From: Candidatus Methylomirabilota bacterium
GTDB lineage: Bacteria > Methylomirabilota > Methylomirabilia > Rokubacteriales > CSP1-6
Length of the DNA stretch: 64,000 bases
NCBI GenBank assembly: GCA_046726415.1
Contig: JBKPAK010000096.1
Coordinates: 1 to 64,000, forward strand
Direction of reading: 5' to 3'
Shown: positions 48,373-58,310 of the stretch, one piece after another
How the letters are laid out: each line of letters begins with the position of its first letter
How positions within the stretch are numbered: the stretch's first letter is position 1
Program-made: the position numbers and the translations under genes
Notes under the pieces: model-generated
The model's database searches: none
What the model was told of the DNA's origin: nothing
The model's input: only the letters and a program-made list of their open reading frames with translations

Positions 48373-50316
48373 ATGTCCGAGCGCAGCGAGATCATCTGGC
48401 GACCGACGGCGTCCTTCGCCGCGAAGACGCGGATCGCGACCTTCATGGGCAAGCTGGACGTGGTCTCCCTGGCTGACCTGCAGCGCCGTTCGGTCGAGGA
48501 TCCCGAGTGGTACTGGCGGGCGGTCAACGACGAATTCGCCCTGCACTGGACCAAGCCGTTTCGCCGCGTGCTGGACACCTCGCGGGGCATCGCCTGGCCG
48601 CGCTGGTTCGAAGGGGGGGAGTTCAACTTCGCGGTGAACTGTCTCGATCGCAACCTCGAGGCTGGCCGCGGCGGCAAGACGGCGCTCGTCTGGGAAGACG
48701 ACGCCGGTGCGACGCGAATGCTCACCTACTCGGAGCTCGCCCGGGAGACCTCGCGGCTGGCCCATGGGCTTCGCCGCCTGGGCGTGAGCGTCGGCGACCG
48801 CGTCGGGGTTTTCCTTCCAATGTGCCCGGAGGCGGTGATCGCCACGCTCGCCATCGCGCGCATTGGCGCTATCTACACGCCGTGCTTCTCCGGCTACGGC
48901 GCTCAGGCCGTGGCGTCGCGCCTGCAAGATTGCGAAGCGAAGGTCCTGATCACGGCTGACAGCTTCCAGCGGCGCGGTCAGGTGGTGCGCATGAAGCAAA
49001 CCGCCGATGCGGCCGCCGACGCATCGCCGTCCGTGCGCCACGTGGTGGTCGTCCGCCGCCAAGGTCACGACGTGCCGTGGATTGAGCGGCGCGACCTCTG
49101 GTGGGAGGAGGTCATGGCGGCGAACGGTGGACAAGGGCCCGCGGAGGCGACGCCCCCCGACGCCCCGCTCCTCATCATTTACACGTCGGGCACGACTGGA
49201 CGTCCGAAGGGCGCCGTCCTCACGCACGCTGGGTTCGCCATCAAGACGGCACACGACTTCGCGTTCGTCATGGACATGCGCGAGAGCGATCGGCTCTTCT
49301 GGCTGACCGATCTGGGTTGGCTCATGGGGCCGATGTTGATCGCGGCGGCGCTGCTGCACGGAGCCACCGCGGTGCTCTTCGAAGGCGTGCCCGACTATCC
49401 CCGGCCCGATCGGCTGTGGAACCTCGCGGATCGACACCGCATCACGGTGATGGGACTGTCGCCGACGGCCGTGCGCGCTCTGATGCCGCACGGGGCCGAC
49501 TGGCCACGCCGTCACGATCTCAGTCGCCTGCGGATCTTCGGGTCCACCGGCGAGCCCTGGAATCCGGAGCCCTATCGCTGGCTCTTCGAGACGGTGGGGC
49601 AGGGCCGCGTGCCGATCATGAATTACTCGGGCGGCACCGAGATTTCTGGAGGCATCATCGCCTCGTTCCCCAGTATGCCCCTCAAGCCCTGCTCGTTCAC
49701 CGGCCCGATTCCCGGCATGGCCGCCGAGGTCTTCGGCGACGAGGGGAAGCCCGTGCGCGAGGAGGTTGGCGAGCTGGTCATCACGCGCCCCTGGCCTGGC
49801 ATGACCGCCGGGTTCTGGAAGGATCCAGACCGGTACGAGCAGACGTACTGGTCGCGCTGGCCCGACGTCTGGGTGCATGGCGACTGGGCCTACGTGGACG
49901 GCGACGGCTTCTGGTTCGTCCAGGGTCGGTCGGACGACACCCTGAAGATCGCCGGCAAGCGCCTGGGACCGGCCGAAGTGGAGTCCGTGCTGGTCGGGCA
50001 CGAGGCAGTGGCGGAGGCGGCGACGATCGGCGTTCCGCACGAGGTCAAGGGGGAGGCCATCGTCTGCTTCGCTGTGCTCAAGCCTGGCCAGGGGCCCTCG
50101 GAGCCGCTACGAGCGGAGCTGTCGGAACGCGTGGCCCGGCAGATGGGCAAGGCCCTCAAGCCGGAGCGCGTCCTCTTTGCGCGCGAGCTGCCGAAGACGC
50201 GCAGCGCCAAGATCATGCGCCGTGTGATCCGCGCCACGTATCTCGGCCGAGAAGCGGGCGACCTCTCCTCGCTCGAGAACCCGGGCGCGGTCCAGGCCAT
50301 CGCAGACGCCGTCTAG
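48373..50316 (+). CDS. acetate/short-chain acyl-CoA synthetase
   Basis: YTSGTTGRPKG, STGEP, SGGTE, HGD, GRSDD and PKTRSAK motifs. Confidence 0.9.
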   Translation: MSERSEIIWRPTASFAAKTRIATFMGKLDVVSLADLQRRSVEDPEWYWRAVNDEFALHWTKPFRRVLDTSRGIAWPRWFEGGEFNFAVNCLDRNLEAGRGGKTALVWEDDAGATRMLTYSELARETSRLAHGLRRLGVSVGDRVGVFLPMCPEAVIATLAIARIGAIYTPCFSGYGAQAVASRLQDCEAKVLITADSFQRRGQVVRMKQTADAAADASPSVRHVVVVRRQGHDVPWIERRDLWWEEVMAANGGQGPAEATPPDAPLLIIYTSGTTGRPKGAVLTHAGFAIKTAHDFAFVMDMRESDRLFWLTDLGWLMGPMLIAAALLHGATAVLFEGVPDYPRPDRLWNLADRHRITVMGLSPTAVRALMPHGADWPRRHDLSRLRIFGSTGEPWNPEPYRWLFETVGQGRVPIMNYSGGTEISGGIIASFPSMPLKPCSFTGPIPGMAAEVFGDEGKPVREEVGELVITRPWPGMTAGFWKDPDRYEQTYWSRWPDVWVHGDWAYVDGDGFWFVQGRSDDTLKIAGKRLGPAEVESVLVGHEAVAEAATIGVPHEVKGEAIVCFAVLKPGQGPSEPLRAELSERVARQMGKALKPERVLFARELPKTRSAKIMRRVIRATYLGREAGDLSSLENPGAVQAIADAV

Positions 50317-50334
50317 GGTATATACTGCGTTCGA

Positions 50335-50420
50335 CGCCGTGGGGGGAGGTTTCCTGAGAACCGGGTGCGGCCCGGGACCCCTCGAACCTGCTCTGGGTAA
50401 TGCCAGCGAAGGGAACACGA
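50335..50420 (+). promoter_or_regulatory. TPP riboswitch
   Basis: GGGG...CTGAGA...ACCC.TCGAACCTG.TCTGGGTAATGCCAGCGAAGGGA upstream of thiS; TATACT -10 at 50321. Confidence 0.93.
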
Positions 50421-50433
50421 CGCCGGGAAGGTT

Positions 50434-50469
50434 GACGGCCGCGCCCGAGGGCAGCGGCCGTTTTGTTTT
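50434..50469 (+). terminator. intrinsic terminator (riboswitch expression platform)
   Basis: gacggccgc/gcggccgtt stem followed by ttgtttt. Confidence 0.8.
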
Positions 50470-50514
50470 CGGGGCGGCCCGGTGAGATCAACGTTGTGGA
50501 CGGAGCAGCGACGA

Positions 50515-50718
50515 ATGCGGATCACGGTCAACGGAAAGGGCATGGAGGTGAGCGACGGGCTCAGCGTGGAAGCCCTCCTCGCCGAACTGGGAGTGCCGCG
50601 CCAGTACACGGCGGTGGCCGTGAACCGCGACATCACGCCCAAGAGCACCTACGGCTGCACACACCTCACCGAGGGCGATCGCGTGGAGATCGTGCGTCCG
50701 ATGGGCGGCGGCGCATAA
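50515..50718 (+). CDS. thiS: sulfur carrier protein ThiS (ends GGG-Ala)
   Basis: MRITVNG...AVAVN...[17 protein letters not shown]. Confidence 0.9.
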   Translation: MRITVNGKGMEVSDGLSVEALLAELGVPRQYTAVAVNRDITPKSTYGCTHLTEGDRVEIVRPMGGGA

Positions 50719-50771
50719 GCGTCGAGGAACGGCGCCGCACCGTGGCGCGGCGACCAAGCAGGAGACAGAAC

Positions 50772-51551
50772 ATGCACGACACGAACCTGACCTTGGGAAG
50801 CAAGGAGTTCAGCTCGCGCCTCATCGTGGGCACCGGGAAGTACTCGACGAACAAACTGATGCGCGAGGCCATCGAGGCGTCCGGGGCCGAGATTGTGACA
50901 GTGGCCGTCCGGCGCGTCAACCTGTCCGGTGGCGAGTCGCTGCTCGACTACGTCGATCCCCAGCGCTACACCCTGCTGCCGAACACCGCCGGCTGCTACA
51001 CGGCAGACGAGGCCATCCGCACGGCCTATCTGGCGCGGGAGGCCGGGCTCGGCGAGCTGGTGAAGCTCGAGGTCATCGGCGATGCGCGCACGCTCTTCCC
51101 GGACACGGTCGGCCTGCTCGAAGCCACCCGCACGCTCGTGAAGGACGGCTTCACCGTCATGCCCTACACGAATGATGATCCCGTCATGGCCAAGCGGCTC
51201 GAAGACGCCGGGGCCGCTGTCGTGATGCCACTGGGCGCTCCCATCGGCTCGGGCCTCGGCATCCGCAATCCGTACAACATCAAGATCATCCTGGAGACGG
51301 TTTCCGTCCCGGTGATCGTCGATGCCGGAGTGGGGACGGCCTCGGACGCGGCTATCGCCATGGAACTGGGTTGCGACGGCGTGCTCATGAACACGGCCAT
51401 CGCCAGCTCCAGCGATCCGGTGGCGATGGCGCGAGCCATGAAGCTCGCCGTCGAGGCGGGGCGTCTGGCCTTCCGGGCGGGACGCATGAGCAAGAAGCTC
51501 TACGCGACGGCGTCGTCGCCCCTGGAGGGCGTCCCCGATTGGACGAGCTGA
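50772..51551 (+). CDS. thiG: thiazole synthase
   Basis: [35 protein letters not shown] and DAGVGTASD motifs. Confidence 0.96.
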   Translation: MHDTNLTLGSKEFSSRLIVGTGKYSTNKLMREAIEASGAEIVTVAVRRVNLSGGESLLDYVDPQRYTLLPNTAGCYTADEAIRTAYLAREAGLGELVKLEVIGDARTLFPDTVGLLEATRTLVKDGFTVMPYTNDDPVMAKRLEDAGAAVVMPLGAPIGSGLGIRNPYNIKIILETVSVPVIVDAGVGTASDAAIAMELGCDGVLMNTAIASSSDPVAMARAMKLAVEAGRLAFRAGRMSKKLYATASSPLEGVPDWTS

Positions 51552-52165
51552 GACTCGTCCTCGTCACCGATCGCCACCAGACCCGCGGCCGCGATCTGGT
51601 GCGCCTCGTCGGTGACTGCGTGGTGGCGGGACTTCCCGCCGTCCAGGTCCGCGAAAAGGACCTCGGCGCGCTCGAGGTGGCCGCGCTGTGTCGTCAGCTG
51701 CTCGCGGCCATCACCCCGGCCCGCTGCCTGTTCGTGGTCAACGACCGCGTCGACGTCGCCCTCGCCGTGGGCGCCGGCGGTGTCCAGCGGACCTCGACCT
51801 CACTGCCGGTCAGCGACATTCGCGGTATCGTCAAGAACGGCATGCTGATCGGCGCGTCCGTTCATTCGCTCGAGGAATCGATCGAGGCGGAAGCCGCCGG
51901 CGCCGACTGGGTGACGTTCGGGCCGGTGTACGATACGCCGTCCAAGCGCGCCTACGGCGCACCGCAGGGGCTCGGGGCGCTCGGGCGCGTGGCGAGGGCC
52001 GTACGCATCCCCGTGATCGCCATCGGCGGAATCACGCCCGAGCGGGTCGAAGAAGTCAGAGGCGCGGGCGCGCGTGGCGTAGCCGTCATCTCCGCGATTC
52101 TTGCCGCGGAGTCTCCCGCTTCGGCGGTGCGCGCTTTCCGCGAGGCTCTCGACCGGCCACGGTGA
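51539..52165 (+). CDS. thiE: thiamine phosphate synthase (ThiE/TenI family)
   Basis: [28 protein letters not shown] and AIGGI motifs. Confidence 0.85.
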   Translation: MDELRLVLVTDRHQTRGRDLVRLVGDCVVAGLPAVQVREKDLGALEVAALCRQLLAAITPARCLFVVNDRVDVALAVGAGGVQRTSTSLPVSDIRGIVKNGMLIGASVHSLEESIEAEAAGADWVTFGPVYDTPSKRAYGAPQGLGALGRVARAVRIPVIAIGGITPERVEEVRGAGARGVAVISAILAAESPASAVRAFREALDRPR

Positions 52166-52243
52166 TGAACGACTGGATAGCCCCGCCGGGTTTCGTTGAC
52201 CGTTCGAAAGCTTTCTCCACCGTTGTCTCACGAGGCGACGCTC

Positions 52244-53575
52244 ATGACGAGAGACGAGATCAAGCGCGACGTATTCCGGGCCATCGACCGCCGGGCTGAG
52301 GAAGTCATCGTTCTCGGCGAGACGATCCGCCGACATCCCGAGCTGGGCTTCAAGGAAGTGAGGACCGCGCGCCTGGTCGAGGAGACCTTGGGCCGACTCG
52401 GCCTGAGCCCCAAGGCCGGCCTCGCCCTCACCGGCGTGCGCGCCGATTTGCCCGGCCGAGACCACGAAGGGCCGACCTTCGCCGTGCTGGGGGAGCTGGA
52501 CGCATTAGTGGTGTCTGGACACCCCGAGGCGGACGCGCAGACCGGCGCCGCGCATGCGTGCGGCCACAACGCCCAAGTGGCCGGCCTGCTGGGGGCGGCC
52601 ATGGGACTCGTGGACGCCAAGGCCTTCGAGCATCTGACCGGGCGCGTCGTTTTCTTCGCGGTGCCCGCCGAGGAGTACGGCGATATTGCGTGGCGGGTGG
52701 ACCAGGCGCGCAAGGGCGCTCTCGAGTTCCTCGGAGGCAAGCCCGAGTTGCTGCGCCTCGGGCACTTCGACGACGTCGACCTCGCCATGATGATTCATCT
52801 CACGTCGCGCCCCGAAGACGGGCGGGCGGGCGTGCCGACCTCGAACAACGGCTGTATCGTCAAAACGGTGCGCTACGTCGGACAGGCGGCTCACGCCGGA
52901 GGCGCGCCTCACCTCGGGGTCAATGCGCTCTACGCGGCGACCATCGGGCTGAGCGCCATCAACGCCATCCGCGAAACCTTCCGCGACGAGGACACGATCC
53001 GCGTGCACCCGATCGTCACCCACGGCGGTTCCCAGGTCAATGTGATCCCGGGCGAGGTGCGGATCGAGACCTACGTGCGCGGACGGAGTGTCGAGGCGAT
53101 CCTCGATGCCGAGCGCAAAGTCGATCGCGCGTTCAAGGCGGGGGCGCTGGCCCTGGGCGCCAAGGTGGAGATCGAGACGCTCCCAGGTTATCTCCCCATG
53201 CAGTGCGATCCGACCATGGCTCGCTACTTCCGCGAGACGGCGGTCGGCCTCGTCGGCGAGGAACACTACCGGCAAGTCAGCCACCGGACCGGTTCCACTG
53301 ACATGGGCGATCTCAGCCAGATCATGCCGATCCTGCACCCTTACATGGGAGGGGCCACCGGATCCGGACACGGTGCGGACTTCGCGATCGTCGACAAAAC
53401 ACTCGCCTACGTGGTGATGGCGAAGGCGCTAGCCGCGATGGCGGTGGACATGCTGGCCGATGGGGCGCGCGGTGCCCGTGACGTGCTCGCCCAGGCTCGG
53501 CCTCCTATGACGCGCGAGAGCTACCTCGCGTTCCAGCGGGGCCTGGCGCGCCGCGAGGCGTACTCTGGCTCGTGA
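52244..53575 (+). CDS. M20D family amidohydrolase
   Basis: HPELGFKE, ELDAL, HACGHN, PAEE and GSTDMGD motifs. Confidence 0.9.
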   Translation: MTRDEIKRDVFRAIDRRAEEVIVLGETIRRHPELGFKEVRTARLVEETLGRLGLSPKAGLALTGVRADLPGRDHEGPTFAVLGELDALVVSGHPEADAQTGAAHACGHNAQVAGLLGAAMGLVDAKAFEHLTGRVVFFAVPAEEYGDIAWRVDQARKGALEFLGGKPELLRLGHFDDVDLAMMIHLTSRPEDGRAGVPTSNNGCIVKTVRYVGQAAHAGGAPHLGVNALYAATIGLSAINAIRETFRDEDTIRVHPIVTHGGSQVNVIPGEVRIETYVRGRSVEAILDAERKVDRAFKAGALALGAKVEIETLPGYLPMQCDPTMARYFRETAVGLVGEEHYRQVSHRTGSTDMGDLSQIMPILHPYMGGATGSGHGADFAIVDKTLAYVVMAKALAAMAVDMLADGARGARDVLAQARPPMTRESYLAFQRGLARREAYSGS

Positions 53576-53597
53576 CGTGTCGTAGCACCCTCCCACG

Positions 53598-53760
53598 CGA
53601 GCGCCGGCTCCGCCGGAGCAATCCGTTCCGGGGAACGCTCGGGGGGGGCGGTCGCGGCTCCTCCGATGACCGGGGAGCGTGGCGGATGGCGGAGCGGCTC
53701 CGAGTTCCCCGAGGCGTGCCGAGCGCGGGGGCCTTGGCGGGCCATGTCGGGGGCCGCCCT
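53598..53760. repeat. two REP-like elements (53598-53667 homologous to 34874-34946; 53727-53760 a hairpin-family copy)
   Basis: cgagcgccggctccgccggagc...gctcggggggggcggtcgcggctcctccgat; gggggccttggcgggccatgtcgggggccgccct. Confidence 0.65.
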
Positions 53761-53770
53761 TGCTGAAGCC

Positions 53771-54574
53771 ATGTACGGTGAGACGGGCGTAGACTTTCCC
53801 CGGCGCATCGTCTGCCTCACCGCTGACGCGACCGAGATCGCGTTTGGCGTCGGGGCGGGGGAGCGGGTGGTCGGCGTCCCCGGCATGGCCCGGCGGCCGG
53901 AGGGCGCCCGCGCGCGCGCACGGGTGGGTGGCTTCACGACGTTCCGCCTCGATCGCATCCTGGCTCTGGAGCCCGATCTCGTGCTGGCATTCTCCGATCT
54001 CCAGCGCGCGGTCGTGTCCGACCTGATCGGCGCCGGCGTCAACGTGCTCTGTACCAACCCACGGTCATTCGACGAGGTCCTCCGCGCCATCCTGCTCATC
54101 GGTGGCGCGGTGGGTTGCGAGCAGGGGGCCCGCGCCATTGTTGGGGACATGACCGACGAAGCGCGTCAGATTCGCGAATACGTGAGCGGCTGGCCCGATC
54201 GACCGCGCGTCTATTTCGAAGAGTGGCCCGATCCGCTGATCGTCGGCATCCGATGGGTCTCAGAGCTGATCGAGATGGCAGGGGGTCGCGACGTTTTCGC
54301 GGAGCTCCGGGGCGAGCCATCGGCGACGGGACGGCGGATCGCCCCCGAGGAGGTCGTGCGGCGCGATCCCGAGATCATCCTGGCGTCCTGGTGCGGTAAG
54401 CCGGTGGATATCCCCGCGATCGCGAGCCGTCCGGGATGGAGTGCCGTCACCGCCGTTCGCGGCCGTCAGATCCACGAGTTGGACGGCGCCGATGTCCTCG
54501 CTCCCGGGCCCTCGCTCACGCTCGGTCTGCGCCGCATTCACGAGATCATCCAGGCGTATCAGGCGCACCGCTGA
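53771..54574 (+). CDS. BtuF-like helical-backbone binding protein with no signal peptide
   Basis: PRRIVCL, LEPDLVL, YFEEWPDP, WVSELIEMAGG, SWCGK and PGP motifs; start is approximate. Confidence 0.82.
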   Translation: MYGETGVDFPRRIVCLTADATEIAFGVGAGERVVGVPGMARRPEGARARARVGGFTTFRLDRILALEPDLVLAFSDLQRAVVSDLIGAGVNVLCTNPRSFDEVLRAILLIGGAVGCEQGARAIVGDMTDEARQIREYVSGWPDRPRVYFEEWPDPLIVGIRWVSELIEMAGGRDVFAELRGEPSATGRRIAPEEVVRRDPEIILASWCGKPVDIPAIASRPGWSAVTAVRGRQIHELDGADVLAPGPSLTLGLRRIHEIIQAYQAHR

Positions 54575-54623
54575 GGCCGATTCGCCCGATCCAGGCGCAT
54601 CGCTGAGGCCGACTCGCCCGATC
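54560..54623 (+). repeat. 32-bp tandem duplication spanning the stop codon of the BtuF-like gene
   Basis: caggcgcaccgctgaggccgattcgcccgatc followed directly by caggcgcatcgctgaggccgactcgcccgatc. Confidence 0.93.
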
Positions 54624-54724
54624 GCGCGGAGGTACAATGATCTGAGCCCTCCGCAAAAGTTGGGGACTCGGTATGGGTCGCGCTAGCATTGGGACCCGCC
54701 GCACAATCCCGGGGAGCCTGGTGA

Positions 54725-56170
54725 ATGACTGATCTTGCCCGCCAGCGTCCTGAGAGCTTCTTCTCGGATCGTTTCAACGTCACGGCCGCGCTCATGGACC
54801 GACTGCTCGGTTCGTCCCTCCGGGGCCGGGTCGATGACGCGGACATCTACCTCGAGTATCGTGTCAACGAAGAGCTGGTACTAGAAGAAGGCACAGTCAA
54901 AAAGGCCGCTCGGCATGTAGGTCAGGGAGCGGGCGTCCGGGCCCAGGCCGGTGTCCGGACGGGGTTTGCGCACACCGATGACATTTCGATCGGCAACCTC
55001 GAGGAGGCGGCGCGCCAAGCGAGGGCCATCGCCGACCACCCCTCCACCACTTCGGTGGTGGCCATCCCGGGCGGGCGCCCACACAATCTGTACGAGCTGA
55101 GCGAGTCACCGACTGTGACCGATCTGGCCCGCAAGCTGACTTTGCTCCGCTCGGTCGATGCCGCGGCGCGGGCCGCCGATCCTCGCGTCAAGCAAGTCAT
55201 CGCCACCCTGGCCAGCGAGGAGCTGGTGGTCCTCATGGCCACCGCGGCGGGTTGGACCGTGGGTGATGTTCGTCCGCTCACCCGCCTGAACGTAACGGTC
55301 ATCGCCGAGGAGAACGGCAAGCGCGAGATCGGAACCTACGGGGGAGGTGGGCGCGTGGCCTTCGACTTCTTCCTGGATGAAGAGCGCTGGCACCGCTTTG
55401 CCCTCGAGGCCGCCCGGCAGGCGGTCCTGAAACTGGCTGCGATCGACGCCCCGGCGGGCACCATGACCGTCGTCCTCGGGCCGGGCTGGCCGGGCATCCT
55501 GCTCCACGAAGCGGTGGGACACGGACTTGAGGGGGACTTCAATCGCAAGGGCACGTCCGCCTTCGCCGGCCGACTCGGCCAGAAAGTCGCCTCCGAGCTG
55601 GTGACCGTCGTCGACGATGGGACGATTGCCAACCGCCGGGGCTCGCTCAACGTCGACGACGAGGGAACGCCCACCGGGCGCACCGTGCTCATCGACAGAG
55701 GGGTGCTCACCGGCTACATGCAGGACCGGCTCAACGCGCGCCTCATGGGCATGGCGCCCACCGGCAACGGACGGCGCGAGTCCTTCGCGCATCCCCCGAT
55801 GCCGCGGATGACCAACACGTTCATGCTGGCCGGCGACGACGATCCGACGGACATCATCCGCTCCGTCGGACAGGGGCTATACGCCGTGGCCTTTGGCGGG
55901 GGCCAGGTGGACATCACCAGCGGCAGGTTCGTCTTCTCGGCGAGCGAGGCCTACTTGATCGAAGGCGGACGCGTGACGGCTCCTGTCAAGGGAGCCACCC
56001 TGATTGGCAACGGTCCGGAGGCGCTCACCAGGGTGACGCGGGTCGGGCGCGATCTCAGGCTCGATGAGGGAGTGGGTACGTGCGGTAAGGAGGGGCAGTC
56101 GGTGCCCGTTGGGGTGGGCTTGCCTACCATTCGCGTCGACGGCATGACCGTCGGCGGGACTTCGGTCTGA
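54725..56170 (+). CDS. tldD: metalloprotease TldD
   Basis: GWPGILLHEAVGHGLEGDFNRK, GNGRRES, PRMTNT and GTCGKEGQ motifs. Confidence 0.95.
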   Translation: MTDLARQRPESFFSDRFNVTAALMDRLLGSSLRGRVDDADIYLEYRVNEELVLEEGTVKKAARHVGQGAGVRAQAGVRTGFAHTDDISIGNLEEAARQARAIADHPSTTSVVAIPGGRPHNLYELSESPTVTDLARKLTLLRSVDAAARAADPRVKQVIATLASEELVVLMATAAGWTVGDVRPLTRLNVTVIAEENGKREIGTYGGGGRVAFDFFLDEERWHRFALEAARQAVLKLAAIDAPAGTMTVVLGPGWPGILLHEAVGHGLEGDFNRKGTSAFAGRLGQKVASELVTVVDDGTIANRRGSLNVDDEGTPTGRTVLIDRGVLTGYMQDRLNARLMGMAPTGNGRRESFAHPPMPRMTNTFMLAGDDDPTDIIRSVGQGLYAVAFGGGQVDITSGRFVFSASEAYLIEGGRVTAPVKGATLIGNGPEALTRVTRVGRDLRLDEGVGTCGKEGQSVPVGVGLPTIRVDGMTVGGTSV

Positions 56171-56172
56171 GG

Positions 56173-57510
56173 ATGCGCGAGGATCTGCTCGCCGAGGTCC
56201 TCCGTCGAGCGCGTGCGCGAGGGGCCACCGCCGCCGATGGGTACTTGATCGAGGAGCGGCACTTCAGCGCGTCGGTGCGTCTGGGCGAAGTCGAGACGGT
56301 GACTCACGCGCGAGATCAGCGCCTGTCCCTGCGGGTCTTCGTGGGGCTCGCCTCGGCCGCCTCATCGACGTCCGATCTGTCGCCCCAGTCGCTCGAACGC
56401 GTGGTGGACGAGGCCACGGCGCTGGCCAAGATCACCGCCGAGGACCCCCACGCGGGTCTGCCCGATCCAGCCGAACTGATCGAGCACGTGCCGGATCTCG
56501 ACTTGGAGGATGTGGCCGGGGACTCCACGAGCCCAGAGGACAAGATCGCCATCGCCCGGGAGGCCGAGGCGGCCGCTCTCGCAAGCGATCCACGCATCAC
56601 GAACTCGGAGGGGGCCGAGTATGGCGACCGCCGCGCGCGCTTCGCCTACGCCACCTCGCACGGATTCGCCCGCGCGTACGCCACCTCCAGCTTCACCATC
56701 AGTGTGGCGCCGGTGGCGGCGGCCAACGGCGAGATGCAGCGCGACTACTGGTGGTCCACCGCGCGCAAGCGCGCCTGCCTCGAAGATCCGGCTTCGGTCG
56801 GGCGCACCGCGGCCGCGCGCGCCGTGCGGCGTCTCGGGTCGCGGAAGATCAGCACCACCGAAGTCCCCGTCATCTTCGACCCCGAGAATGCCGCCAGCCT
56901 GATCCGAGCACTGGCCGGCGCGGCCAGTGGACCGAGCCTCTATCGACGCGCCTCCTTTCTCCTCGATCGGCTGGGGACCACGATCGCGGCACCGCGAGTC
57001 ACCGTCGTCGACGACGGCCTCATCCCTGGCGCCCTCGGTTCGCGGCCATTCGACGGCGAAGGACTGGCCACCCGCCGAACGGTGCTGGTGCGGGAGGGAG
57101 TGCTGGAGTCCTACCTGCTCGACAGTTACAGCGCGCGCAAGCTCGGGCTGACGTCGACGCACCACGCCGTCCGCGACGGCAGCGGCGTCACCGTGGCCAC
57201 GACGAACCTCATGCTGCTGGCGGGACCGTCCACGCCGGCCGAGTTGATCGCCTCGGTGAAGCGCGGCCTGTACGTGACGGAGCTGATCGGCTTCGGCGTC
57301 AATGCCGTGACGGGCGACTACTCGCGCGGCGCGGTCGGTCTCTGGATCGAGAACGGCGAGTTGACCCATCCGGTCGAGGAAGTAACCGTGGCCGGCAACC
57401 TGCTGGAGATGTTCACGCGGATCGAAGGCATTGGCAACGACCTGACCCTGCGTGACCGCACCGCCGCGCCGACGGTCCTCATCGGGCGCATGGTGGTGGC
57501 CGGGAACTGA
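56173..57510 (+). CDS. pmbA: TldE/PmbA protein
   Basis: MQRDYW, SRPFDGEG, GVNAVTGDYSRGA and TVAGNL motifs. Confidence 0.93.
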   Translation: MREDLLAEVLRRARARGATAADGYLIEERHFSASVRLGEVETVTHARDQRLSLRVFVGLASAASSTSDLSPQSLERVVDEATALAKITAEDPHAGLPDPAELIEHVPDLDLEDVAGDSTSPEDKIAIAREAEAAALASDPRITNSEGAEYGDRRARFAYATSHGFARAYATSSFTISVAPVAAANGEMQRDYWWSTARKRACLEDPASVGRTAAARAVRRLGSRKISTTEVPVIFDPENAASLIRALAGAASGPSLYRRASFLLDRLGTTIAAPRVTVVDDGLIPGALGSRPFDGEGLATRRTVLVREGVLESYLLDSYSARKLGLTSTHHAVRDGSGVTVATTNLMLLAGPSTPAELIASVKRGLYVTELIGFGVNAVTGDYSRGAVGLWIENGELTHPVEEVTVAGNLLEMFTRIEGIGNDLTLRDRTAAPTVLIGRMVVAGN

Positions 57511-57524
57511 ATCGGGAGCCGCGC

Positions 57525-58310
57525 ATGCTCATCGATAGCCATTGTCACCTGCACGCCGCTGCCTATCCCGACGCCCGCGAGGCGGTCCGCGTCGCGCTGA
57601 CATATAACGTCTGGGGCATCGTGGCCGTGGGGTGCGATCCCGCCACTAACGACAAGACCCTGAGGGCGGCGAGAGCCATGCCCAAGGCGATCTGGGCGTG
57701 CCTGGGGTTCCATCCGGACTGGAATCAGCTCACCGACCACGATCTGGATCGAGTGGAGGCGCAGGTGCGCGAGCACCGCGGGCATGTCGTCGCTCTCGGC
57801 GAAATCGGCTTGCCATGGTACTCGCTTGAGGGCGATGCCGATGCGACCACGCGGATGGCCAAGGGGCGTACCCATCTCAACCGCCTCCTGGGCATCGCTG
57901 CCGACTGGGATCTCCCGGTCGTTCTCCACGCGCCGCACGCCGCCGCCGCAGACGCGTTGGAAGCGCTGAAGCGGCACCGGATCGAGCACGCCGTGTTCCA
58001 CTGGCACAAGGCCCCCGAGGGCGTCACCCGCGCCATCGTGGAGGCTGGCTACTTCGTATCGGTGACGCCGGAGGTCGTGTACCGCGAGCGCGATCGCCTC
58101 ATGGTCGACGCCGTGCCTCTGGACTCACTCGTGGTGGAGAGCGACGGCCCCTGGGCCTACCAGGGAGAGTTCGAGGGGCTGCCGTCGGGACCGTGGCTGG
58201 TCAGCCGGGTGGCGGAAGAGATCGCCAAGCTGAAGCGGTTGCCGGTCGACGACGTCATGTTTCGCCTCTCGGAGAACACCTGCCAGCTCTTCGGTCTGCC
58301 CTGGGTCTGA
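57525..58310 (+). CDS. TatD family hydrolase
   Basis: DSHCHL, GFHP, GEIGL, VLH, FH and ESDGP motifs. Confidence 0.9.
   Translation: MLIDSHCHLHAAAYPDAREAVRVALTYNVWGIVAVGCDPATNDKTLRAARAMPKAIWACLGFHPDWNQLTDHDLDRVEAQVREHRGHVVALGEIGLPWYSLEGDADATTRMAKGRTHLNRLLGIAADWDLPVVLHAPHAAAADALEALKRHRIEHAVFHWHKAPEGVTRAIVEAGYFVSVTPEVVYRERDRLMVDAVPLDSLVVESDGPWAYQGEFEGLPSGPWLVSRVAEEIAKLKRLPVDDVMFRLSENTCQLFGLPWV

Noticed and set aside
53576-53770. Cobalamin riboswitch upstream of the BtuF-like gene
   Set aside because: No B12-box or GCCACTG-type motifs were found; the region is explained by REP-like hairpins
54725-57510. RiPP biosynthetic cluster around TldD/PmbA
   Set aside because: No precursor peptide, YcaO or other modifying enzyme is adjacent, so this looks like the housekeeping pair
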